From an uncultured Actinomycetes bacterium (GTDB lineage: Bacteria; Actinomycetota; Thermoleophilia; Gaiellales; Gaiellaceae), in assembly GCA_963773825.1 (NCBI GenBank), contig CAVZCH010000005.1:12372-76371 (forward strand): DNA of 64,000 nt. Reading direction: 5' to 3'. Within the stretch, counting starts at the first letter, position 1, and every line of letters starts with the position of its first letter. This document shows positions 9,235-18,043 of this stretch, one piece after another. Made by a program: the position numbers and the translations under genes. The notes beneath the pieces are model-generated. The model had not been told where the DNA came from and ran no database searches. It worked only from the letters and a program-made list of their open reading frames with translations.

Positions 9235-10484
9235 CGCGGCCGGTCAGACTCGGACTGCGCGCGAACGCGCGCCAGTTCTGGTTGCTCGTCGCGCTGAACG
9301 CGCTCGTCGGCGCGATGGTCGGGCTCGAGCGAAGCGTGCTCCCACTCGTCGGCAAGCAGGACTTCGGTCTCACCTCGGCCGCCGCGATCCTCGCGTTCAT
9401 CGTCGCCTTCGGCGCCGCGAAGGCACTCACGAACCTCGCCGCCGGTGACCTCGCCGAACGGTTCGGGCGCAAGCGGGTGCTGGTCGCGGGCTGGATGGTG
9501 GCGCTGCCGGTGCCGCTGCTGATCGGGCTCGCGCCCTCCTGGTGGTTCATCGTCGCCGCCAACCTGCTGCTCGGCATCAACCAGGGCCTCGCCTGGTCAA
9601 TGACCGTGGTGATGAAGATCGACCTCGCCGGCCCGCGCCGGCGCGGGCTCGCGCTCGGCCTCAACGAGGCCGCCGGCTACCTCGGCGTCGCCGCGACCGC
9701 GTTCGCGAGCGGCGCCCTCGCGGCTAGCTACGCGCCGCGAACCGTAGTCTGGGTCGGGGCCGCCCTGATCGCGGTCACGGGCCTGCTCGTAAGCGCACTT
9801 GCCGTGCGCGACACCGCCCCGCAGGTCGCGCTCTGGAGCAGCGGGACCAGGGCGGCGAGCCCGAGCACACGAACCTTCGTAGTGCCTTCGTGCAGGCGAG
9901 CCTGCGTGATCCCGGTGCTGCGCGCCTGCAGCCAGGCGGGGCTCGTGAACAACCTCAACGACGCGCTCGCCTGGGGCCTGGCACCGCTCTATCTGGCCGC
10001 GCACGGCGCGGATGTCCGCCAGATCGCGATCGTCGCTGCGGCCTACCCGCTCGTCTGGGGGGCCGGGCAGATCGCGACCGGTTGGCTCTCCGACCACACC
10101 GGCCGAAAACCGCTGATCGCGGCCGGCATGCTCGTCCAGGCGGGCGCGCTCGGCCTGCTCGTCGCGGGCGGCGGCGCATTCGCGCCCGCACTCGCCGCCG
10201 CGGTGTTGCTCGGGGTCGGCACGGCGATGGTCTACCCGACCCTGATCGCTGCCGTCTCGGACGCCTCGCAGCCGCGCGACCGCGCCCGCGTCGTCGGGGT
10301 CTACCGCTTCTGGCGCGACTTCGGCTTCGTGCTCGGCGCCCTGATCGCCGGGATCGGCGCCGACGCCACCTCCCCCCAGGCGGCGATCGCGATCGTTGCC
10401 GCGCTCACCGCCGCCAGCGGGCTCGTGGTGGCGGCGACCTCGTGGCAGCCGCGGCCCGCGCTCCGACCCGCCCCCGTCCGCTAA
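9231..10484 (+). CDS. MFS transporter (compensated local frameshift ~9830-9910)
   Basis: RLGLRANARQFWLLVALNALVGAMVGLERSVLP...GVYRFWRDFGF. Confidence 0.85.
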   Translation: MTRPVRLGLRANARQFWLLVALNALVGAMVGLERSVLPLVGKQDFGLTSAAAILAFIVAFGAAKALTNLAAGDLAERFGRKRVLVAGWMVALPVPLLIGLAPSWWFIVAANLLLGINQGLAWSMTVVMKIDLAGPRRRGLALGLNEAAGYLGVAATAFASGALAASYAPRTVVWVGAALIAVTGLLVSALAVRDTAPQVALWSSGTRAASPSTRTFVVPSCRRACVIPVLRACSQAGLVNNLNDALAWGLAPLYLAAHGADVRQIAIVAAAYPLVWGAGQIATGWLSDHTGRKPLIAAGMLVQAGALGLLVAGGGAFAPALAAAVLLGVGTAMVYPTLIAAVSDASQPRDRARVVGVYRFWRDFGFVLGALIAGIGADATSPQAAIAIVAALTAASGLVVAATSWQPRPALRPAPVR

Positions 10485-10526
10485 TCGATTTCAGGAGCCG
10501 ACGTTCTACGCAAAAGGAGGGTTGAG

Positions 10527-11310
10527 ATGGCCACGAGCGCGAAAACGCTCGACACGCAGGAGCTGGAGAGCCGGGTGAAGGAGATGTACCGCGAGGTCGC
10601 GGAGCACCCGGAGCGGGAGTTCCACTTCGAGACCGGCCGCGAGCTCGCCGAACGGCTCGGCTACCCGTCCTCGGAGCTCGACGACATCCCGGCCGAGGCG
10701 ATCGACTCGTTCGCCGGGGTCGGCTACTACTTCGACCTCGCCGACGTCCGCCCCGGCGAGACGGCGGTCGATCTCGGGAGCGGATCGGGCATGGACAGCT
10801 TCCTCGCCGCCCGCAAGGTCGGCGACGGCGGCCGGGTGATCGGGATCGACATGACCGACGCACAACTCGAGAAAGCGACCTCGCTCGCCGGCCGCGCAGG
10901 GTTCGGGCAGGTCGAGTTCCGCAAGGCATACATCGAGGCTCTCCCCGTCGAGGACGCATCCGTCGACGTCGTGATCTCGAACGGCGTGATCAACCTCTCG
11001 GCCGACAAGGCGAGCTGTCTTCGCGGAGGCCGCGCGCGTGCTGCGCCCCGGCGGCAGGCTCGCGATCGCCGACATCGTCAGCTCGATCCAACTGCCCGAG
11101 GGCGTCACCTGCGACGCCTCGCTCTGGGCTGCCTGTATCGGCGGCGCGATGCAACGCGACGACTACCGGCAGACGATCGAAGACGCAGGCTTCACCCTCG
11201 AGAACGTGCGCGAGAACGAGCAGTACCGCTTCGTCTCCGAACGGGCCGACAACGCAACCCAGAAATACGGCGTCAAGAGCATCTCGCTCCTCGCCCTCAA
11301 GACAACCTAA
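10527..11310 (+). CDS. ArsM-like class I SAM methyltransferase, one frameshift
   Basis: VDLGSGSGMD, IGIDMT, DVVISNGVINL, RVLRPGGRLAIADIV, LWAACIGGA; AAAGGAGG SD. Confidence 0.85.
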
Positions 11311-11328
11311 ACCGACAGAAGGAGCGAA

Positions 11329-11691
11329 ATGGCCGACAAGGTTCTCGTCAATCTGGCGACCGGGATGGAGGACGGGGAGCGCGTCCTCGTCGCGTTCCTC
11401 GTCGCCACGGCGGCGGTGGCGCAGGGCAAGCAAGTCGTCGTCTGGACGACAAAGGATGCGGTACGGCTCGGCTTGCCGGGCGAGATGGCGGGCGTCGTCT
11501 GCAAGGACTGCCCGCCGCTCGAACGACTCCTCGAGCAGTTCGTCGACGGAGGCGGCGAACTCTGGCTGTGCCCGATCTGCCTCGCCGCGCGTGATCTCAC
11601 AGACGCCGAGAAGATCGCCAACACGAAAGTCGTGGGAGCGACGCCCATGTGGGAGTGGGCAGGGAACGACACGACCGTCTTCAGCTACTGA
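11329..11691 (+). CDS. DsrE family protein
   Basis: ERVLVAFLVATAA...CKDCPPL...LWLCPIC...VGATPMWEW; AAGGAG SD. Confidence 0.8.
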   Translation: MADKVLVNLATGMEDGERVLVAFLVATAAVAQGKQVVVWTTKDAVRLGLPGEMAGVVCKDCPPLERLLEQFVDGGGELWLCPICLAARDLTDAEKIANTKVVGATPMWEWAGNDTTVFSY

Positions 11692-12082
11692 CAAGATCCT
11701 CCCTTGCGCACTCCGGCTGGCCCGCTCACGCGTCTGATCAACGCGAGCCTGCCGTCACGGCCGCGGTTCGTGGCGGCCACAGTTGTCGCCAGGACTCGTA
11801 GCGTTCGCCGATCGCAGCCGCAGCAATCAACCTCGGGGATGGAGTCAGCCCATCAGCGACCGGCGAGCAGACCTACGCGGCACGTCTGTGCGAAGGAAAC
11901 CAAATCCGTCGCCTTCAAACGCGGTGAGCACCTCCCTGTGGCGAAGGGGTCAAAATCCCGCCAACCGGGGCAATGAAGTTTTCTCTTAGCTGGGGATTTC
12001 CGGATCAACTTGTCGACCAGCCTTGACAAAGCTGTGTCGGAAGACGACGCGAGACGTCGCCGTTCGTCCCGCGTACCAAATA

Positions 12083-12101
12083 TGTGTCCGGAATGTGTCC
12101 G
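12083..12101 (+). repeat. TGTGTCCG direct-repeat doublet (putative arm-type sites, right)
   Basis: TGTGTCCG-gaa-TGTGTCCG, 11-bp period. Confidence 0.6.
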
Positions 12102-12124
12102 TGTGTTCGTCGAACAGACAACAA

Positions 12125-12150
12125 TAAAGTGCCGATTTACAGGCACTTTA
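12125..12150 (-). terminator. Hairpin directly downstream of tRNA-Thr
   Basis: TAAAGTGCC-N8-GGCACTTTA, followed by TTGTTG on the minus strand. Confidence 0.6.
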
Positions 12151-12154
12151 GGTA

Positions 12155-12227
12155 AGCCCTCTGACGGACTCGAACCGTCGACCCCCTCCTTACCATGGAG
12201 GTGCTCTACCGACTGAGCTAAGAGGGC
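12155..12227 (-). tRNA. tRNA-Thr(GGT), CCA not encoded
   Basis: GCCCTCT acceptor stem, TAGCTCAGTCGGTAGAGC D-arm, CCTCC-ATGGTAA-GGAGG anticodon arm, GGTTCGAGTCC T-arm; TAGACT -10 upstream. Confidence 0.97.
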
Positions 12228-12261
12228 GCGGCTCGGAGTCTAGCCGCCCCGTCCGTGGTGG

Positions 12262-12558
12262 CTATCGGGCCCGGCCGTCGAGGCGGATCGTCCACGGCTC
12301 GACCGACTCGACGACGAGGTGCGAGCCGCTCCACGGGTCGCGGGCGAGCGTCGCGCGCACGTCGTCGCCGGAATCGGCCTCGACGGCGAGGATCACCCGC
12401 CGCTCGTCGGCGAGGGGGCCGCCGAGCACGACGAAACCCGCCGCGACGAGCCCGTCCATGAAGGCGGCGTGCGCGTCCCAGCCGCTCTGCTCCTCCAGCG
12501 GCCGCCCCGCGTCCCACTCCGGCCCGGAACGGCGCTCGACGACGAAGAACGACGCCAC
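12262..12558 (-). CDS. YciI-like protein
   Basis: WDAHAAFMDGLV...VLGGPL...LARDPWS; TACGAT-N6-GTG. Confidence 0.8.
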   Translation of the reverse strand: MASFFVVERRSGPEWDAGRPLEEQSGWDAHAAFMDGLVAAGFVVLGGPLADERRVILAVEADSGDDVRATLARDPWSGSHLVVESVEPWTIRLDGRAR

Positions 12559-12596
12559 GGCGCCATCGTAGTGCGCGGGATCGGGATACTCGCGGG

Positions 12597-14090
12597 GTGG
12601 GACGGCTCGCATGCGACGTCGTCGTGCTCGGCGGGGGCACGGCCGGGTGCGTGGTAGCGGGCAGGCTCGCGGCGGAGAGCGCCGCCGACGTCGTCGTCGT
12701 CGAGGCCGGGCCCGACTATGGCCCGCGCGACGCCGGGCGCTGGCCCGCCGATCTGCTCGACGGCGGCGCGCTCGTTGCGTCGCACTCGTGGGGCTACGAC
12801 ACGGGCAACCTGCATCCCGTGCGCGGGCCGGTCGAGCTGCCGCGGGCGCGCGTGATCGGCGGCTGCTCGTCGCACAACGGCTGCGTCGCCGCGGTGGGCT
12901 GCCCCGAGGACTACGACGCCTGGGCGCGCATCGCAGGCGACGAGACCTGGAGCGCCGACGCGCTGCGGCCGCTGTTTGCGCGTGCGCTCGCACGCCTGCG
13001 CGTCCGCACCTACACCGAGGACGAGGTCGGGCCCTTCCATCGCGCATGCCTCGAGGCAGCGGCCGCGCTCGGCCTTCCGCGCGCCGACGACCTGGCCGAC
13101 CTCGACGGCGGCGCCGGCTTCGGGGTGGAGCCCGTGAACATCGACGGAGGTGTTCGCGTGAACACGGCGTTCGCGTACCTCGACCCCGCGCGCGGGCGGC
13201 CGAACCTGCGGATCGTCGACCGGGTCCTCTGCGACCGGATCGTGCCGGGCTCCGACGCGGTCGAGGTGGTCGCGTGGCGCGACGGAGAGGAGGTGCGGAT
13301 CCGGGCCGGCCTCGCCGTGCTCGCGTCGGGGTCGTACGGCTCGCCCGCAATCCTGCTGCGCTCCGGCATCGGCGACCCGGCCGTGCTCGCCCGCCACGGC
13401 ATCTCGACCGTGCACGCGCTCCCCGGCGTCGGGACGAACCTGCACGACCACCCCCTCGTGGAGCTGGACTTCGCGGGCAGCGCGACACTGCGCGAAGCGC
13501 TCGCGGAGGCGGCCACGACACGCTTCGTCCCCGAGGAGCAGTCGCTCGGCAAGCTCCGCTCGAGCCACGCGAGCGGGCCGTACGACCTGCACCTGATCCC
13601 GGTCGCCGCTCCCGAGCACAGCCTGCTGGCCGGACGAACGATCCTTGCCGTCGGTGCGATGGAGCCGCGTTCGCGCGGCCAGCTGACCCTCGCGTCCGCC
13701 GATCCGGACGTCGCGCCGGTGATCGACCACGGCTACCTCTCCGACCCTCACGACATGACCGTCCTGATCGAGGGCATCGAGCGCGCCCGGGAGCTCGCTG
13801 CCACCGCCCCGTTGCGAGCGGTGATCGGGAGAGAGCTCACGCCGGGCACCGACGCCGACCTGCCGGACGCGATCCGGCGCGCCCACGTCCACTACTACCA
13901 CCCGGTCGGGACCTGCGCTCTCGGCCCCGCCGACGACCCGTTGGCCGTGTGCGACGCAGGCGGCCGGCTGCACGGCAGCGACCGAATCGTGGTCGCCGAC
14001 TGCTCCTTGATGCCGGTCGTCCCGCGCGCGAACACGAACGTGCCCGCGGTCGTCGTCGGCGAGCGGATCGCCGACGAGCTGCTCCGCTGA
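12597..14090 (+). CDS. GMC oxidoreductase (choline dehydrogenase-like)
   Basis: GGGTAGCVVA, RARVIGGCSSHNG, GTNLHDH, YYHPVGTC, ANTN. Confidence 0.92.
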   Translation: MGRLACDVVVLGGGTAGCVVAGRLAAESAADVVVVEAGPDYGPRDAGRWPADLLDGGALVASHSWGYDTGNLHPVRGPVELPRARVIGGCSSHNGCVAAVGCPEDYDAWARIAGDETWSADALRPLFARALARLRVRTYTEDEVGPFHRACLEAAAALGLPRADDLADLDGGAGFGVEPVNIDGGVRVNTAFAYLDPARGRPNLRIVDRVLCDRIVPGSDAVEVVAWRDGEEVRIRAGLAVLASGSYGSPAILLRSGIGDPAVLARHGISTVHALPGVGTNLHDHPLVELDFAGSATLREALAEAATTRFVPEEQSLGKLRSSHASGPYDLHLIPVAAPEHSLLAGRTILAVGAMEPRSRGQLTLASADPDVAPVIDHGYLSDPHDMTVLIEGIERARELAATAPLRAVIGRELTPGTDADLPDAIRRAHVHYYHPVGTCALGPADDPLAVCDAGGRLHGSDRIVVADCSLMPVVPRANTNVPAVVVGERIADELLR

Positions 14091-14166
14091 GGGTCGTCGC
14101 CGAAAACCGCCCCGGCGGCCCGGCCGTAGACCTCTGCGACACCATCCTCGGAGAAGGAGCACGGAG

Positions 14167-14721
14167 ATGCGAAAACGACTCGATCGGCGCCTGGCGCCGT
14201 TGCTGCTCGCAGCGGCGGTCGTCGCGGGCGTCGTCACGGCCAGCGCCATGGCCGCGCCGGCCCGCCCGACCGTCAAGGTGACGCGGACGGCGAGCCTCGG
14301 CAAGCTGCTCGCGACCTCGAGCGGCCTCACGCTCTACCACTACACGGACGAGAAGGCCGGCAAGATCGACTGCAAGGGCGCGTGCGCCAAGCTCTGGCCG
14401 CCGCTCCTCGTCAAGGCGGGTACGAAGCCGACCCTGGGAGCTGGTCTGAAGGCGGCGAAGGTCGGCACGGTCAAGCGGCCCGACGGCGGCACCCAGGTCA
14501 CCTACAACGGGCTCGCCCTGTACCGGTACGCGCCCGACAAGAAGGCAGGCGACGTGAAGGGCCAGGGGCTCTTCAAGGTGTGGTACGTCATCGCGCCGAC
14601 GGGGAAGATCGTGAAGCGGAACGCCACGACGCCGGCTGCCGCGCCGGCGCCCGCCACGCCAGGAACGGACACGACCCCCACGGACACGACCCCGTCCGGC
14701 GGCGGGTACGACTACGGATAG
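14167..14721 (+). CDS. Secreted repeat protein (COG4315/Lipoprotein_15-like)
   Basis: Signal peptide; GLTLYHY...CKGACAKLWPP...QVTYNGLALYRY...GDVKGQG...WYVI. Confidence 0.85.
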   Translation: MRKRLDRRLAPLLLAAAVVAGVVTASAMAAPARPTVKVTRTASLGKLLATSSGLTLYHYTDEKAGKIDCKGACAKLWPPLLVKAGTKPTLGAGLKAAKVGTVKRPDGGTQVTYNGLALYRYAPDKKAGDVKGQGLFKVWYVIAPTGKIVKRNATTPAAAPAPATPGTDTTPTDTTPSGGGYDYG

Positions 14722-14737
14722 ATCGGCGGGTCGGTAG

Positions 14738-14770
14738 ATCGGCGCAGGCCCGATCCGGGTCTGCGCCGAT
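14738..14770. repeat. Long inverted repeat (terminator or operator)
   Basis: ATCGGCGCAG-gcccg atc cgggt-CTGCGCCGAT between two co-oriented genes. Confidence 0.5.
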
Positions 14771-14824
14771 GCGCTTCGTGGTCGTCCCGGGCATCGTGAC
14801 CGGGTCCTCGGCAAAGGAGGCTCG

Positions 14825-15469
14825 ATGAAAACCGCCACGATGGTGCTCGTCACGGCCGCAGGTGCAGCCACTCTGATCGAGATCGGGCGTCGGCTCGCCC
14901 GCGAGCCGGTGCTCACCTGGGGGGCGACCGCGGAGGAAGCGGCGCGGACGCTCCACGGCGACGAGCTGCTCCGCGACGCGGACGTCGTGTCGACCCGTGC
15001 CGTCACGATCGACGCGCCCCCGTCGGCGGTCTGGCCGTGGCTCGTCCAGATGGGCTCCGGCCGCGGCGGGGCCTACACGTACGACTGGATCGAGAACCTC
15101 TTCGGGCTCGGGATGAAGAGCGCCGACCGGATCCATCCCGAGTGGCAGTCGCTCGCCGTGGGCGACGTGATCCCCGGCCGCTCGAGCCTGCCCGGCATGC
15201 GCGTCGAAACGCTCGAGCCGGAGCAGGCGCTCGTGACGCGCTCGGAGGATGGGACGTGGGTGTGGGCATTCGTCCTCGACGACCTCGGCGGCAGGACGCG
15301 CCTGCTCAGCCGCAACCGGATCGCGATGCCCGACCGCTCGCTCGGCGACAGGATCGGAATGGCGGTGATGGAGCCCGGGTCACTGGTCATGGAGCGCAAG
15401 ATGCTCCTCGGGATCAAGGCCCGCGCCGAGCGCCTCGCCGCCCATCCCGAGCTCGCCCTCAGCGCCTGA
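14825..15469 (+). CDS. SRPBCC-like conserved protein
   Basis: WGATAEE...TRAVTIDAPPSAVWPWLVQMGSGRGGAYTYDWIENL...MERKMLLGIKARAE. Confidence 0.8.
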   Translation: MKTATMVLVTAAGAATLIEIGRRLAREPVLTWGATAEEAARTLHGDELLRDADVVSTRAVTIDAPPSAVWPWLVQMGSGRGGAYTYDWIENLFGLGMKSADRIHPEWQSLAVGDVIPGRSSLPGMRVETLEPEQALVTRSEDGTWVWAFVLDDLGGRTRLLSRNRIAMPDRSLGDRIGMAVMEPGSLVMERKMLLGIKARAERLAAHPELALSA

Positions 15470-15552
15470 GAGAGCGCACGGGCAGCCGCTGCATCTCCGC
15501 AGTCCAGAAGGAGGGGATCCGCCCAACGGACGCGGCTACAATCGCGTCCCCC

Positions 15553-15634
15553 GCAGGGGTTCCCGAGTGGCCAAAGGGGGCGGGCTGTAAACCCGCTGGC
15601 TCAGCCTTCAGAGGTTCGAATCCTCTCCCCTGCA
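15553..15634 (+). tRNA. tRNA-Tyr(GTA), CCA not encoded
   Basis: GCAGGGG acceptor, CCCGAGTGGCCAAAGGG, GCGGG-CTGTAAA-CCCGC, long variable arm, GGTTCGAATCC; TACAAT -10 at 15537. Confidence 0.97.
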
Positions 15635-15690
15635 CTGGAAGCTCGCGGCAACCGGACGACACGACTGCTGCGGTCGGCGAGAATCGCGCG

Positions 15691-16488
15691 ATGGACGTCG
15701 TGTCGCTCGGGTTCCGCACCGACCTCGCTGTCCTGGCGCTCGGCGGCAGCGAGATCGAGCACCGCGACCGGCATGTCGTCGTCCGCACGCGCGCGAACCC
15801 GACGTACTGGTGGGGCAACTTCCTGCTGTTCGCCGACCCCGTCGAGACCGACGAGGTCGCCGGGCGTCTCGAGGTGTTCGCAGCGGAGTTTCCCGACGCG
15901 GCACACGTCGCCTGGGGCGTCGACTCCGTCGACGGGACGGTCGGAGACGAGGAAGCGCTCGTCCGCGCGGGGTTCGAGGTGAGCCGCGACACGGTGCTCG
16001 CCGCCACCGCACTCCGGCCGCCCGGGCGGGCGACCGACGCCGAGCTCCGGCCGCTCGAGAGCGACGACGACTGGCGGCAGGCGCTCGCCCTGCACGCCGC
16101 CTGCGTCGACCCCGACGACGGACGGGTGACCGACGAGTTCCTCACGGCGCAGGTCGCGGGCTACCGCGCGCTCTCCGAGCATCCCGGCGCGACGTGGTAC
16201 GGCGCGTTCGGCACGGAAGGGCTCCTGGCGTGGCTGGGGATCGTCGCCGACGGCTCAGGGCTCGCCCGCTTCCAGTCGGTCGAGACGCATCCCGACGCGC
16301 GGAGGCGTGGGCTGGCGAGCGCCCTCGTCCATCATGCCGGTCGATCGGCGCTGGACGGCCGCGCCACGACGCTCGTGATCGTCGCCGATCCCGGATACCA
16401 CGCGATCGGGATCTACCGCGCGCTCGGCTTCGCGGAGCGAGAGACACAGGCGCAGCTCACGCGGCCACCCGGCGGCCGGGCCGGCTGA
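15691..16488 (+). CDS. GNAT N-acetyltransferase
   Basis: NPTYWWGNFLL; ARFQSVETHPDARRRGLASAL; AIGIYRALGF. Confidence 0.85.
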   Translation: MDVVSLGFRTDLAVLALGGSEIEHRDRHVVVRTRANPTYWWGNFLLFADPVETDEVAGRLEVFAAEFPDAAHVAWGVDSVDGTVGDEEALVRAGFEVSRDTVLAATALRPPGRATDAELRPLESDDDWRQALALHAACVDPDDGRVTDEFLTAQVAGYRALSEHPGATWYGAFGTEGLLAWLGIVADGSGLARFQSVETHPDARRRGLASALVHHAGRSALDGRATTLVIVADPGYHAIGIYRALGFAERETQAQLTRPPGGRAG

Positions 16489-16506
16489 CGGCCCTACACT
16501 CGTGGC

Positions 16507-17628
16507 ATGCGGACGTTCGACGCGCTCGTGGTCGGAGCCGGGCCGGCGGGATCGTCGACCGCGATCCACCTGGCACGCGCGGGCGCACGCGTGCTGCTCG
16601 TCGACAAGGCGCGGTTCCCGCGGGACAAGCCCTGCGGCGGTGGGCTCACCGGCAGGGCGCTCGCGCGGATCCCGGTCGATCCGTCGCCCGTCGTCGAGCG
16701 CGACGTCGATCGCTTCGAGCTCCGCCTGCGCTACGGCTCGAGCTTCGCCCGGACGCACGAACGACCGCTGATCCGGATGACCCAGCGGCGCCGCCTCGAC
16801 GCGTTCCTCGTCGAGCAGGCGGTGACTGCGGGCGCCGAGCTCCGCGACGGCGTGCGGGTCGGGCAGATCGAGCTCGACGAGACCGGCGTCACGGCACAGG
16901 TCCACGGCGACACCGTGCGGGCCGGGGCCCTCGTCGGCGCGGACGGCGCGAACGGGGTCGTGGCCCGCACGATCGGGCTCGGCGACGCCATCGTCCGTGG
17001 CGTTGCCCTGGAAGGAAACGTCCCTCTCGACGCACTTCGCGAGCCCGACCTCTCGCGGACGGCGGTGATCGAGCTCGCCGTCCTTCCCGGCGGCTACGGC
17101 TGGGTGTTCCCGAAGGGCGACCACGCCAATCTCGGGGTCGGAGGGTGGGGCAGCGAGGGGCCGCGGCTGCGCGACCATCTCGCGCGCCTCGCCGTGGCGC
17201 ACCGGATCCTCCCGGAGACGCTCACCGATCTGCGCGGCCACCGGCTGCCGATGCGGCGGCTCGGGACGCCCGCCGGTTCGGGACGCACGCTCCTCGTCGG
17301 AGATGCGGCCGGACTCGTCGACCCGCTGTCGGGCGACGGGATGTACGAGGCGTTCGTCTCGGCGCGGCTGGCGGCGGACGCGATCGTCTCCGGCGACCTC
17401 GACGGCTACACCCCCGCGCTCGCGGCCGCGCTCGACCGGCACGCCGCGGCCTCGTGGGCGGCGAAACACGCGTTCGACCGCTATCCACGCACCGTCTTCG
17501 CGGCCGCCCGGGCTCCCGGCGTGTTCAAGGTCGTGGCCGGCCTCCTCTGCGGAGACGTCGCGCATCCCGCCGACGCGCGGGGCGTCGCCCGCGGGCCGCT
17601 CAAGCTCATCGCCCGCCTCGCCGGCTGA
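16507..17628 (+). CDS. Geranylgeranyl reductase family FAD oxidoreductase
   Basis: VVGAGPAG, FPRDKPCGGG, GADGANG, GYGWVFPK, LVGDAAGLVDPLSGDG. Confidence 0.9.
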   Translation: MRTFDALVVGAGPAGSSTAIHLARAGARVLLVDKARFPRDKPCGGGLTGRALARIPVDPSPVVERDVDRFELRLRYGSSFARTHERPLIRMTQRRRLDAFLVEQAVTAGAELRDGVRVGQIELDETGVTAQVHGDTVRAGALVGADGANGVVARTIGLGDAIVRGVALEGNVPLDALREPDLSRTAVIELAVLPGGYGWVFPKGDHANLGVGGWGSEGPRLRDHLARLAVAHRILPETLTDLRGHRLPMRRLGTPAGSGRTLLVGDAAGLVDPLSGDGMYEAFVSARLAADAIVSGDLDGYTPALAAALDRHAAASWAAKHAFDRYPRTVFAAARAPGVFKVVAGLLCGDVAHPADARGVARGPLKLIARLAG

Positions 17629-17638
17629 CGGCCCCCGC

Positions 17639-18034
17639 CTACTCCTCGGCGAGCGCCTCGGCGAGGAGCGACGTCGCGTACGCCTGCCACGCGAGGTCGG
17701 GGTCGGAGCGCAGGAGCGCGAGCGACTCGCGCGCGCCGCGGAGCCCCTCGACCTCGGGTGCGAGCGCGGCGAGCCCGACGTCGAGCTGCGCCCGCCGCTC
17801 CGGCGTGTCGATGTCCGCGGCGAGCGCGGTCGCAGCGCGGCTGAACGGGTCGAGCCGGCGGCGGGGGTCGCCTCCGGCAGCGAGCAGGAGCTCCGCCCGG
17901 CGCACCGCGGCGTTCAGCTCGTCGTCCTCGACCGCGACCCCGCGCCCGGCGAAGAAGCAGAGCATCGTCCACTGCTCCTCAGGCTCCGCTCGCTCGACGG
18001 AGCGAACCCAGTCGCGGACCGTCTCACGCGCCAC
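17639..18034 (-). CDS. Hypothetical protein
   Basis: Coherent ORF (AAVRRAELLLAAGGDPRR) downstream of the redoxin; GC3-biased codons. Confidence 0.7.
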   Translation of the reverse strand: MARETVRDWVRSVERAEPEEQWTMLCFFAGRGVAVEDDELNAAVRRAELLLAAGGDPRRRLDPFSRAATALAADIDTPERRAQLDVGLAALAPEVEGLRGARESLALLRSDPDLAWQAYATSLLAEALAEE

Positions 18035-18043
18035 AGGCCCGTT

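Larger units (their letters stand above)
4789..12202. mobile_element. tRNA-Thr-anchored genomic island (~7.3 kb) without integrase
   Basis: Bounded by 48-bp direct repeats of the tRNA 3' end; TGTGTCCG doublets near both ends; cargo of metal/sulfur detox genes. Confidence 0.8.

Noticed and set aside
11692-12080. Possible integrase remnant or ncRNA at the island's right end
   Set aside because: No tyrosine or serine recombinase motif in the listed frames and no convincing RNA structure by eye
15553-15700. tRNA-Tyr as an integration site
   Set aside because: No duplicate of its 3' end was seen in the window and the shared junction motif is absent
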